Below are positions 1 to 13,173 of a stretch of 64,000 nucleotides of DNA, piece by piece. The stretch is taken from positions 21,018,001-21,082,000 of the forward strand of contig NC_045138.2 of NCBI RefSeq assembly GCF_008831285.2, written 5' to 3'. The DNA is from Nymphaea colorata (lineage: Eukaryota). Within the stretch, counting starts at the first letter, position 1, and every line of letters begins with the position of its first letter. A program made the position numbers and the translations under genes. A model generated the notes under the pieces. It had not been told where the DNA came from. It ran no database searches and was given only the letters and a program-made list of their open reading frames with translations.

Positions 1-3000
1 CGGTTCTCCCACAACCACATGTCGCCCTTCAAGCAGATGCATTAATGCCGTCTCCAACATCTGCAATAAATGCCATTAGAATCTCATTCCGTTGCTCAAT
101 ATGAAGGTGAACAGTCACTAAAATTGTCATAAAGATGAGAATCAAACAATTAACTGAAACTTGAGGCATAATGATCAGATCCTGACATAAAATTATGGTG
201 GTTCTGTCAAAAATGATCGGTCCTGGATAAGTATAAACCCTATTCTAGTAGCAGAGCATGAAACTTCATTATGGATATGACGACAAATTGCTAATTGAAT
301 ATGTCATGGGCTGATAGATTCAAGCTGCAGCACCTACAGAAACAACAAGCAAGGTTTGACCACACAAGTTGGATAAGCAATTTGCAAAGGAGTCCTCTCA
401 GGCAACCAACCACAAGAGAACGAAAACACAAAAGAGAAAGGGAAGGCAACAGATCGTTTCAAGGACAAGATTTCGTTAAGCAAGAGGATAAAGTCGCATA
501 AGGAAATATCTCTCAAATTGATAGAATTAACCTGTGGCATGCCTCACAAGGATGAAAACGCCAGCTTTCAACCATCTAATTAATCACAAGGAAGCATGAA
601 AGCAGAAGAGCTTGGCAGGCAACAGATTACATGAAGACAGGAACTGATTAAGCAAGAGGAAAGAGTGGCATTAGGTGCACAAATCTCCCTTGATTCTAGA
701 GCATGCAAGATCAAGATGAAGTGCCTTGCTTCTTTTCCCACTCCAGACAGTAAAGGACCATCAGCGAGCTATTCAGAAATACTTACAAGGCCATAGGCCC
801 GTGTGAGTTAGCCAAGACCATGGTAGGCTATATTAGAAGGGTTGAAATGCAAGCAAAAAAGTAAGGGTGTCACAGAATATATTCTACCTACAAGAAACAA
901 GGCCCGCTTCAAAATGTCCCTCTCCTATCTCAAGTATATAGGTTTTGGCCAGGTCGATGATTTTATTCTACCTGGATAAATGCTGCCAATCCTGCAGAAG
1001 TGAATATGCATAACAAATGCGATGGAAGCAAACCAAAGGGTTATATTCAATCAAATATTTGCAATTTGAAGAAGATTACAAAAAACTGAGGCATCATTTG
1101 CCTTCAAGGACTAAAATTTGAACTAACATAGAAAGGCAACCTATTTACTTTGGAGACTAGTTTGATGGGGTGAGCTCGTTATGACCAGAAATATTTTTTC
1201 TTCTCCCCTTTCCTGAAAAAGGTATAAACTAAGAACGACCAATGGAGCTTAAAGGCTTGGTTTCTTTGAGAAGGTGACTAATAGATTGATTTCTTGGTAG
1301 TCAGTAGGAAATTTGAGTGCATAATCACATCCATCTTGTTATATCACAGACACAGCTGCAAACACAAGGACACAACCATGATGAGAGGACTTGTACAGAA
1401 GGAAAAAAAAGGAGTATTTACACTCAATACGGGTATTTCTGTGACAGCCTTCTTGCATCTCTGCAGCCTCAAATTCAAAATATGCCAATCCACCATGCTA
1501 AAGAAAAAATAGTGAGATGTCTTGGCATCTTTTCAAACCCTAAAAGAATAAAAAACAAGCAAACACATGGAAGCTAACCGCCCAAAAAAACACATGAACA
1601 TCTGCAAATAAAAATATTCACTTTCCTTAAGACTTGCAAGGTTTAGCATAAGAGAACAAAGAAAAATAAAAAAAGATCAAGAGAAAAAAACAATCAAAAA
1701 TCAAAATTATAACTTTTTAAGTAGACAGCTTCTGATTGGCAGATATGCAGAAGATAACAAGTTATTGCATAACTACGTATGTCTCATGAGTTGCTTTAGG
1801 AAACATACCATGCTTGGATGAATAGAATTTGATAACCTTGAAGCTAGATTGGAACGCTCCAAGAGAATTTTCATGTACATAATAGGATGTGATTTTGGAC
1901 CATAAAATTCAATTGCCTTTTGCCAGCTCCTCTCCGCCAGAGAGGCATATCTTTTGAGCTTCTGCAGATGGTTAGACTTAGATCTGATTTTTATGGCACT
2001 TGTGATTCCATCTAAAATCTTTAAACAGCAATCTCTATGGTAAGAACCAAGTTGAAAATATGCAAAAGCAGCTTCTTGTGCACGCAATTCACCCAGTGAC
2101 TCATATGTAGATATAGCTTCTCGAGTAGCATCACTAGCTGAAATTTCACGTTTTCTTGGTTCCTTACCATACGTTTTCCGTTCACTGATACTGCTGCAAC
2201 CAACCAGCAGATCAGTAATACTGGCATTACCATAAACCTCTGCAGTTGTATCCTCTCTTGCCAAAAGCATCCCAAGCCTCAAATAAGTATGAGCATACTG
2301 TGTACAGACTTCATTTGAGAGGCTCAACAATTCCGATGTCAATGCTTCTTTGCAATATGTTAATTCTGTCCTGGCTGCACAATAATATTTCAGTGCCTCT
2401 CTGTACTCGGATTTCGCATTCTCTACAACTTGCTTATAGGTGTTCCCCAGCACACCATATTTCCTGAGATCATCCAGCTTAGACACCATAGCCTCAGCTA
2501 ATGCTCTTCTTCCATGACCTAAGTTACAGTTGATCAATATTATGTTAGTCAAGTCAGAAACTTCTCTAAAGGCTGTTATTGCATCTGAAAAAGCAAGTTC
2601 AGCATTTCCCAGGTCCCCATGATCAAGTAGATATCGACCCAATTCATTGCATACCCAACCCTTCTTTTTAGATGCAGACTGTATTTCTTGAGAAGCAGCC
2701 GAAATGCCGCTTATTGCCTCCCTTGATGCATCATAGCAATGTATAGCAGCCAAAAGATTATGTTTAACTTCTCCCAATTTTGGCCCCCTTAAATATGTAA
2801 AAATTCCTCCACATTCTTCGATCCCAGCAGACTCAGGATTCATGGTTCCCGCGTTGTTTTTGTGTCCAGCTGAAAAGGATACAGGCTGCACATGAGAGGC
2901 TTGTCCAGATGCAGCAAAATCAGAGCCAAAGGATAATGATGATGCTTTGCTTCTCTCGGAAGTAAATGGATTACTATTAGGCACCTCTCTATTTTCACTC

Positions 3001-6000
3001 TGCAGATGCAAACCTTCTGAAATACCAGATTGATAGGAACTGGAACCATAACTATTTTCTGAAGACTCATGAGATGATTGATGTGGGCTTCTAACTTGTG
3101 ATTTTCTACTCAGTTTCCTTCCACAAGCAAAAGAAGTTACATCTCCAGTGCTGGAGCTTGCACTATTACCACTACTTGCTCTGTCACTTTGGCAGCTGCA
3201 ATTCATCAAAGAACACATGCTACAATTTTGCTTGAACTGACCTAACTTCTTCTTTAGCCTTTTGACCTCTTTAAAAACCTCTGTTGGCATAGTCAGGTCA
3301 GGTTGATGAATAGGCCTTTGTGGTTGCTCTAATTCTTCCATGCCCTTCGTCCTATGGTATTCGACATACACATCTCCAACAAGCATCCAAGCCTTGGCCC
3401 AGAAAAGACACTTGGAGTTACTCTGATCAATACTAGGGCCACTACTACCGGAATTGCATTTGGAGATATTTGCAGTTCTTGACAAGGAAGAGTTCTGTTC
3501 ATTTCTTATATCATCATAGCTTACTCGACTATGTGCCTTGCTTCCTATGGACGAGACAAACTGAACGTCATCCAAACATGGAGGCATAGACCCATATACA
3601 GAACATGCTAATTCCACGACTTTTAGAGTCTGAAGCAATTGACCATCTTCTTTATATGAATCTCCAAGAGCTAAATATGACTCTCCAAGCAGAAGAACAA
3701 GCTTCCACAACTTATGGTCCATTTTTGATCTAGGAAGCCACTCACGTATGTCACAGACTTCAATACAATCAGCTTCACCACAAGTGCATATAGAAAATTG
3801 ATGGACACCTGGAGCCACGTCTGGAATCTCCCTGCCTTGATCATCCAACTTCCCTTCAGCATTTTGAAGCTGTCTTTTCCACCTAAGGGACTTAATAGCC
3901 TGAGAAACATGATGAATTGCAGCTAATTTGGAAGAAATTGGATCAGAAATGGCATGAAACAATTGCTGAGTTGCTGGGACATGACACATGGCCAGACTTT
4001 CAGTTCTACTTGAATCAGGTGTTGCTGTAAGACCAGCTTCCAGGTTCACCTGAGAAAGGTCTGATGTTGAACCATGATGAACTGCAGATTCTTTGGTTGA
4101 AAGATTACCATCCACATAGTATGATTGTAATTCATCATCAATTATTAACTTAGATGCTACTGAAGAAAGTTTTGATGACTCATCTTCCATGTCAGTTACT
4201 GTAGCTCCGTATTCCAGTGTAGGTTCCATTGTCAAATCAAGCTCCTTGTGGCAATTCAAAATGAGCCTTGCAAATTGTTCATGTGCATATGCACGAATGA
4301 CCTAATGAGAATTTAAGCAAGGAAAAGTCAGCATCACAACTTGTTATTACAAAAGCTTTTAACATGAATATAAAAGTGAACTAACAACAAAATGTTTGCT
4401 ATAACACATACAAACAACCGCCATACCAGATGCTCTCGGCTATCCAGAAACTCCAAGCACTTTTTGAACAGTTTAGCACACTTTGTTCTATTATCATGCA
4501 CCTGCATCATTCAACAGCATTCACCAGCACAAGGTTATAAAAGCAGTAGCCACATTGCAGAAGAGAGAGAGAAAAAGAGAGTGAGAGAGAGATGTACCTT
4601 CGAAAGTGATAGTCTATGTGCAAGACGATAAAGAAGGGTTCCAAGTGAAAAAAATGGATCTTGTCTCCCTTTATTCATAAAAGTTGGAAGGGAGCTACAC
4701 CCTTGATCATGGTCATCAGATGCATGGCTTTTTGGTATAACAGAAAGATCAAAAAGCTGAATTATGTCCTCACCAGCACTTTTAAACAGCTGTCATATAA
4801 ATCATTTCAGAAGGATAGTACAAATGTTAGCAATAATACCACATTAAATTATGGTTGCAAAAGGTAACATGAACAGATAAACATAAAGGTCTGAGACATG
4901 TACCCAGTAAGAGCCAGGATCATGCTTACAATTATCCTGGAGAAACCTTAGTACAGATAGACCATTTTGTTGGACAACTTGAGGATGAAAGGTAGTTGTT
5001 CCATCTTCTGATATGCCCTTCAGTAGAAATACATCCTCAGTTTTTAGAAGTTCATAGCCCTGAACTACACCATTTCGATGATAACAAATGGCCAATTCAG
5101 GGACACTAGCCATCACATTATCTAGCCAGGCTTCAAGCCACATTAGTGGAGTTATCTGACAAAAGAAACAAACTACTTAGCTGAAACAGTATAAGCAGTT
5201 TAACATAAAACAGTGAAAAGAAATTACTAACCTGGCGACTGACATCCCACAAATGCAAACTCACAGCAGCATATTTTTCATTGCTAAAGAGAAGAAGGTC
5301 ACTGCCCAGAAGCATGCGAAAGTTCTGGAACTGCCAAAAAAGGACTCTTAAAAAAGCATCATTAGTGAGCCTTCTATGCTTCTCTGGCTCATGTACTGGA
5401 GACCTGCCAGTTTCATCAACTTTCGAAGCTTTCTCAAGGGCATCACATCTCTTATTCTGCTGGTCGCCCCAAATAGTATTATCATGGTTTCCCTGTGAAT
5501 AGTCCGGAAGGCCATCAAAGCCAGTCTGCTGACTACCAGCAGCATTCCCATAAAGAAATCCAGAGTTACCATAGTCTGTAGAAGTTCTTGAAGAAACACA
5601 AGAACCTTCCCCAGGTTTAAACTGTCCAGGTAAGATACTAGGGCTTGGACTTTCCTCAGATGGCATAAACTGCGAAGGAGGGCAATCACAAGCCTCTGCT
5701 CTGACAGAATGCATTGCAAAGTTTAGGAAAAGGGAAGGGTCCATGGCTTTTGGTTTGTCCTTTTTTCTTCTAGACATCTTTTCTCCTTCTTCCACATCGG
5801 GACTGCAATCAACCGCTAGTTAGAAATAGATTACAAACAGTAGCTACAGACAGACAAAGGAAAGTGATGTACCCAGCATTGAGAACAAGTGTCTGTCCAA
5901 TGCGATGCACTGCAATAGATAGCCGAGCCTTCGAGTAAGGAATCTTGAAGATTTGCTTTAATATGTCTGCAGGAGCTATGACATCTATTTCATCTCCATA

Positions 6001-7031
6001 CTCAGCAAGCCCAGACACAGCAAGTGCCTCACATTTTCTTGCAAGATTTTGACTGATCTGACCACTTCCCAATTGTAGCTCTGCATGTTTCATGTAAAGA
6101 ATCAAGACAGTTTTATTGCAGAGCAACAAAATAGAAAGCTAAAGACAGAATCAACAGTTACAAGATAAAAGTAATTAACAACCTCAAACTATGCTTCTTT
6201 TCAGAAAAGAAATGCTAAAGATGGATTCCAGAGGACATCATAGTTTTATATCACTGCAGTTTCTGTGACATAATAAACACATCTTCAAGATTTGAAACCT
6301 GCCCTTTACAGTGGAGCATGAACAAAGTTTTGTTTTTATACGTATGTACTGGTCTGCAAATAGAACACAAAATATGTGCATGCAAAAGATGGTCTAAAAC
6401 GTTTTGAATTAATGTGAAGCACAATGCTGATTATCTTGTCTTCTTCCTTCCATAACAAGCAATCTTACCCTGTGAAGCTGATGGTGTGATATTATTACTG
6501 CATCAAACGTCATTTTTGACCAATTATTGGAACCAGAAGTCTTCATTATTTCTTAACAAGAATCTTGCCATATGATGCCAATGATGTGATATAATTATTG
6601 CATCAAATGTCATCCAACCAATTATTGGAATTTCATTTCATGCTGCACTGTCTTTCACATATAATTTTGAGATGTGTAGATCATATAAAAGTGTAGGATA
6701 TTCTTTAATTCTAGTGAAGGAGAAATGGCTAGTCTATTTCAAATAATGTATGTAGAAAACCAATTACTGGTAGGTTGTGACTTGTGAAGAATGATAGCCT
6801 GAACAGCCAACTAAATGCAACGGCTTCATAACTAAAGGTCAGACAGCCTTTTCACTTGCTGTATTGATCCCAAAACAAGATTGACCCAGCAAAACCGGGG
6901 AACATGACAATCATGACAGAATTTTATGATACTAATCTGTGATTATTGTACGCAGGGTGGGCATCGGGCCTCGGCCCAGGCCAGGCCAAGTTGGGCCTGG
7001 CCCAGTTTTATTTTAATAAACAAATTCAAAG

Positions 7032-7101
<70 letters not shown>

Positions 7102-10100
7102 TAAAATTAAAAAAATTATCGGCCCAAACCCGATCCAATGCTTACCCTTAATTATCATAATGCAGACTATGCAAGGCAGTCGGCCATTTTTATTCAAGTT
7201 CCAGTTCTAGAGATGATTTAGAAATTTTCCTTAGATCATGAAATTTGGAAGAAGAAATTTGTATAACGAAGTATGGTAATAGAAACTTGTCAAAAGTTCT
7301 TTTAGAAAAATCACAAATCTTGGACATGAAGAGGTTGAGGTCCATAATAAGAATTCTAAAATCGGCAAATCAAGAACAATCAAATGTAACCTTGGTTGCA
7401 ACCCTTGGACCAGTCAACTAGTTGTCCAAGTTGGCAGACAGTCGATTAATCCATGGGCATAAAAACTGGTAGACCAGTTCTATAGTATAGACTACTTACT
7501 AGCGACTAACTTAGTCAACTAGCCAAGGACTGCATCCTTTTTCGCATGTTTCTCTTTTGTTTACATAGTTTTTCCTTTTTTAAAGAAAAAAAAACCTATG
7601 TCACGTGTCAGAGGGTGCGGGTGCTAGTGCGGTGAGGATATATATATTTAGCTGCAACAACAAACAAATTGCCTCTTTTTCCATTGAAGCATTAACAACA
7701 TAGCTTGTTAATCACTGATTGCTATTTTTATTGCTTATTAACAATTTTTTTGTTAGTTTTGTTGACTGCAGACAATTATATATGTACATAGTAGACGGCC
7801 GTTTTCAGCTCTCTCTCTCTCTCTCGCTATATATATATATATAGTAGACGGATCCATCTACCTCTGTGGTTGCCTTTCTACATTTGTGTCGCTAAAAACA
7901 GTCACAAAAGATGCACTGACGACGGCTAGTTGTTTGGCCATGGTTTGTAGCAACGGAATGCATCTTTTGCAATAGTTTTTTAGCGACACAAAATAAAGAA
8001 GCAACCATCCAACCACTGAGGTAGCAGATTATTTCAATTTTCCTATGTGTGTGTGTGTGTGTATGTATATGCACACAAAACAGAGATTTCTCCACCCATC
8101 CCAAGGAATCTAGCATTGGGTTACTCTAGACTTTAGTTCTTGTGTTTATTTCTACATTTTTTTATTGACTATATCTTTGAAGAGCAACTTGGTTCCACCA
8201 AATGCACCAATCTCTTGGCAAAGGTCACGTCACGTTAATGCTGAGTGTTCCTTACAACAGAATAGATCAACCCAGTTCCCATTCCTTTTCTATGCACTCA
8301 CTTGGTATCTCTGACATAGAAAGAAGGATGTGATGGGAGGGAAGCAGCCCTACTCTCTGTCTCACAAATAATTTCACTGACATCTCGCATTCACACCCTT
8401 TATTTGGCTGCCATCAGGATTAGTTGTAGATATATTAGTCTTTTTGGGTTCACCACCAATTATCTCCCTCTATGAAATGTTGTTGTGGTCAACATATGGA
8501 ATATGCCACTTAGTAATTTCTAGCTCACTGAGGGTCAGAACCTCTGAAATAAACAAAGGACTTCATTCTGTGACTCCATGATTTTGCTCCGAATGCTCCA
8601 AACAAGGTAAAGCTTGAAGTTATTTTCTGTACTCAATTAACTTCTCCATGTGTCTAGTCGGGTGGACACCGGCCAGACTTCCAACCAAATCCCCCCAAAA
8701 ATCACACGTGTACTGCATAGGAAGGAAGCAGTCGAAGTCTATTCATACTTGTGAATAAGCCCCTCATGTATTTTATGAAGCACCTTTAATTGATGCAGCG
8801 GCACCTTCATCACGATTAAGTTACCATTTTTCTACTTGACAGGTCACCAATCAGGATCCGACCACTTTTTCAGTCTCTTGTAGGCCCTCCCCAAACATGT
8901 CCTGGCAAAGTAAGTGGTGTCTTCCCAATTCTTAGTGAACTGGTATGAAGTGCCTTATAGGCTGCTAAACATTGTATGGCATTAGGGATGATTGCCAATA
9001 TCAAGCTTAAAAGAGCTGATGTCTCACTCTTTGGCGGTTTTAGTAGGGCCACGTCCAAGAGATGCACCAGGTCCCTAAACCCCCAAAACACTACCTCCCT
9101 CTTCCTGTTGTCTTCCAGTTTCCCTCCCCCTCCATCTGCACCAACCTTTGACAGCCTGCTCCAGCCCCAAGGAACAGGCTGAGCTTTTCGGTGGACGGTG
9201 GAAAATTTTCATTAAGGTATGTAATATTCTTTTTTCATTATTTTTTATTTTTGTTTATTTGAATGTTTGTTCAGACTTTTTTCTCCTACCGTTTCTGGCA
9301 TTTTAGAACTGGTTGTTTCACTCTCTCACCTATTTTTTTCTCTCCCCGTTTTTTCTTTATTTTTTCCTCTCCACAACCATCCTCAACCCAGGACAGGATC
9401 CTAGGGAGGGGAAAAGACCTGAACTGAAATTGGTGCTATATTCGGATCTAATGTTCAGTATCTCTTCATATGCATCATATTGTCCTTATCCATCAATGTG
9501 GCCTTCATCCTCATGGCACATGTTCGTATCTAGTACTGAGTTTCAAGCAACATATGCTAAAAATATAACAAAAATTTTCATGATTCGGATGCATTAATAC
9601 ATTGTAGTGTTCTAAAGATATCTCAAAAGAGTTTCAGAGTCAATATTGTCCTGAGCTAAAAGCCAATCCAGAGTTTCTGCACTCATAAACAATACAACAG
9701 ATTAGATTGCCTTAATAAAAGCAAACAACTCCATCTCTAAAATCCAATGCAGGTAGGCAACTCTAAATTGAATTGGTGTTCTGCAAGTACACGAAGTGGT
9801 TTACAGCCAGGTAGTACTAAATATTATTTGAAACCCATCGTTGTGTAAAATAAGAACATCATTATCACAGATGTCGCGGTTCGCGGTTCCAAACAATAAA
9901 CTAACAGAGTATGCTTTATCGAAACTAACAGTGAAACTGCCTGCAGGAATTTAATGATTGAATTCAAGAAAGTAAAAAATTCACAAAAGCTGCTAAACCG
10001 AACCCAATTTAAAACAGAAAAGAGACTCCGAAAGTCCTGCTATGTATCAAACTTCACATGAAACACAAGCACACGAGACAAACGGGCGACGATGGCTCCA

Positions 10101-10475
10101 TACCTCGGTCGCATCCGGCGAAGACCTTGTGGGGGAAATTCGGTAGCAGAGGGAGGTCATTGAGGTCCGTCTCCGTCGGAATCAGCCGGTATCGAGGCGC
10201 CACCACCCTGCAAAGGGAAAATCAAATCACGATTCACAGAAAAGAAACCGACAATACTGACTACACACATCAGGGGCGGGACTGAGAAGATGATAATGAT
10301 AAAGATGTGATGATTACTTCTTCTGTGAGACCGGGGAAGGGACGAGAGCAGAATGGAAAGACTGGTCAGTGGGAACGTGGAGAGTTCCGCAGATGAATCC
10401 ACCGACGGGCTTCGGCTTCATCACCTCCAGCGTCCCTACGCATTGTAACGCCTCCCCTGAACCCTCTCCCCCCAT
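1..10475 (-). CDS. EDRF1: Erythroid differentiation-related factor 1-like protein (plant EDRF1 homologue), multi-exon, 3' end outside the window
   Basis: Hand-spliced GT-AG exons with consistent phases: 10318-10475 (MGGEGSGEALQCVGTLEVMKPKPVGGFICG), 10104-10207 (VVAPRYRLIPTETDLN), 5873-6080 (RKCEALAVSGLAEYGDEIDVIAP...LKQIFKIPYSK), 5232-5802, 4904-5155 (WLEAWLDNVMASVPELAICYH), 4598-4789, 4427-4501, 1809-4301, and 1-60 (MLETALMHLLEGRH). Motifs match my recollection of the plant EDRF1-like family. Confidence 0.9.
6953..7150. mobile_element. MITE-like element with GGCCC-rich ends and an internal (TA)n run
   Basis: Begins CAGGGTGGGCATCGGGCC and ends CCAATGCTTACCCTTA, with (TA)n at about 7038-7097. 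Architecture resembles the element at 38509-38785. No clean TSD. Confidence 0.5.
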
Positions 10476-11663
10476 TCTTTCTTCTCCCAAGGGTCTGGAA
10501 ATCCCTTCTCCTCCTCCTGCCTCGCTTATTGTTGCCGCTATCTCTGCCCGTTCAGCGCAAGCGGGCGAGTTGGCTGGCGTGTCTTAAACACGCCCTCCGT
10601 TCGAGTTTTGAGGGTGATATTATGATGATGATATTGTCATATTGGAGAGTTTCGATCTGTGAATAAGAGTGCCGCTATGGAGGTCAATTCTTATATCCCT
10701 TTTCCCCTCTCCTCTCTCTCCCTGTCCCTCCCTCCCTCTCTCTCCTTGTCCCTGTCCCTCCCTGACTGCGGCGGAGATGGTGGTGGCGGTCGCTTTGCCG
10801 CTGCTCTGTTCAGCCTTCGCCGTCGCGGCGGTGTCTCTTTGACTGCCTTATGTGGGTCCCACAAAGAAGCGAATGGAACGTTCTGGACCATGGATACTGA
10901 ACAGGTTTGGGTCCCACTCTCAACTTTTCTTGGTCCCGCGAAGTTGGTGTTTGAGTGCTCAAACCTCTATCATTCAAGTGTCTCACTCTAAAACATTCCC
11001 TTGATCCCTGGAAACTAGTAATCAGATTATGATTGAATTTTACATTGATTTTAAACGAACATTAGTTTTCCCTATACATACCTTTTGACACAAGTCTGGA
11101 GAAAGTTGCTTCAATCGTATGAATGAATTTATTTGTTTTTAAGATTGCATTGTTTGTTCTAATCTTTGTAATGAATTTCATGGGAAGTTTAAGTTCCATG
11201 GATGTGGTAACAAGATTGGACATAGTTGTATCGAATTGCTTGGAAATTGATGAAATCGCTTGAACAGTGATGTGCATAGATGAAGATTGTTCCCTTCAAA
11301 TATTGAACAAAGATGGAAAATCGTATGAAAACCATGTTTTAGATAGAATACCTTCTTGTTATGTGTATTGCATTGGTTGTCCGTTGTTCTAGTCACGTTG
11401 CATGAGTCCAATGCACATCACATGAATTCTAGTTTGTAGGATTGTTCAAAAGGTATGTTGAAGCACGAGGTCCACCTATTATGTGTAGGTATTCGTGCGC
11501 TAAAGCACAAAATTTGTGCATTTTGTATGGGTGTTCATGTGTAATAGCACAAAGTCCACACACTTAGTGCAGGTGTTCGGGTGTTAGTGCGACAAAGCAC
11601 AAAGTCCACACACTATGTGTGGAATTTGGTTGTTCCTACACCAAAGTGCAAAGTTCATGCACT

Positions 11664-11850
11664 CAGGGCGGAGCTAGAAATTTGAGAGGGACGAATTAAA
11701 GTTTCTAAATTTTAACACAAGCTGAAATGTTATTTTTCAAAATTTTTATATAGGACAGTAAAATTTTCTAAATTTACATGTATTTTTTTTTTTTTAAATG
11801 AAGTGGAGTCAAGGCTCATGCAGGCCCTCCCTCCCTTGACTCTGCCCCTG
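11664..11850. mobile_element. hAT-type MITE with perfect 8-bp TSD
   Basis: CATGCACT flanks both sides (11656-11663 and 11851-11858). Imperfect TIRs are CAGGGCGGAGC and GACTCTGCCCCTG. Related copies lie at about 60361-60526 and 61274-61462. Confidence 0.85.
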
Positions 11851-13173
11851 CATGCACTCTATGCGGTTGTTCATGCGATTATGATGATGATAACACAAAA
11901 CATTTTGCCTCACAAGTTGTTTGATGTGATTCTTACTCCTAGCAAGGGCATGACATTTAAGTTGCACACAGAAGCATATTAAGTTTTGTATAGAATATTC
12001 CAATGAATCAGAAGTTCTGACAAACAAGTGGTAGATAGTATTATTGGATCATGCATACGGCTATATCACAAGTTAAGAATATTTTGGCCAATGAATCAGG
12101 AAGAATCCAACATGTCTTATTTAAACATGAACAATTATATGCTCATCAGAAACAAGTTATGAAAAGTTATTACAAGAAAGATTTCAAAATTTTGTTGGGT
12201 TATTTGAAGCGAGATGAAAACAGGAAAATTTTAATATGCAATTTTTTCATCTTTTGGTCTTTAATATTTATTTCAATCTGATATCCCATTGGTTGAATAA
12301 GTTTCGTTTTCTTAGCGTCGTGGATATGAAGACCTTCTGGTTTAACTTTAACTCGCAATGGACAATTTTCTTCGGTTAGTCCGCATTTTAATTTGGAGCT
12401 TGAGCTTACAAGATGCGTCTATGAGGATAAAATTTATGAATTTGTATACAATTACAACATCTACGTGATTATATTACAAGCAAATATTGACTCTTGAAGC
12501 ATAAATCGTGTAACCAAATGACAAAAAATAGGATGGATCAGTTTTACAATCCAATGCATAAGAGGAAAAAGGCAAAGCTCATACCCATGGTCAAAATACA
12601 TGTTCTTCCTTTCCTTTACTCTATTAAGCATATAAAACTCTTTACACAGATCACTTTTCAGGTGAGTGAGCATGAGAGGTCCACTCCAACAGCCTTTCAA
12701 GCTGAATGTTGTGTCCCATAAAACGCTTAGTCGGTAGTGCCGACATAAATCAAACTAGAAAAATAAATCAAACTAGAAAAATGTGTTCTTTATATGTTCT
12801 TAACCTGACCGGTTACGCTATGTGCCCACATAAATCAAACTAGAAAAATGTGTTGATGTGACCAGTTATGCATCATTTTTCACCGCATAAAAGTTGGAAT
12901 TTTTCTTTTTTTGATTTAGAGTAGGAGTGCCGAGTTTTGGAAATCTCACTACATGAAAGCAGAAGCAGAGTATCTTTGATGCAAAGAGGCAACTGTCACA
13001 AATGGTGCTTCGGTAATCGCAGAGGTATGCTCTTTTACTTTCGACTTGGGCAATGCGCAAATCCGGAGGGAGCTTCGTCGCTTTGGAGAGAGAGAGAACA
13101 AATTTTGTTTTCCGACTCGTTGTCTCTCTGATGAGATCCCGCAAATCTGGACTTTCGACTCGTTGTCTCCCTG

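Noticed and set aside
8180..9200. Possible degenerate LINE remnant in the large EDRF1-like intron
   Set aside because: Only a weak WCIWW-like word on the minus strand. No RT or endonuclease motif, TSD or clear tail.
11463..11663. Repeat-spacer-like periodicity suggesting a CRISPR array
   Set aside because: Eukaryotic context, degenerate repeats, mutually similar spacers and no cas genes.
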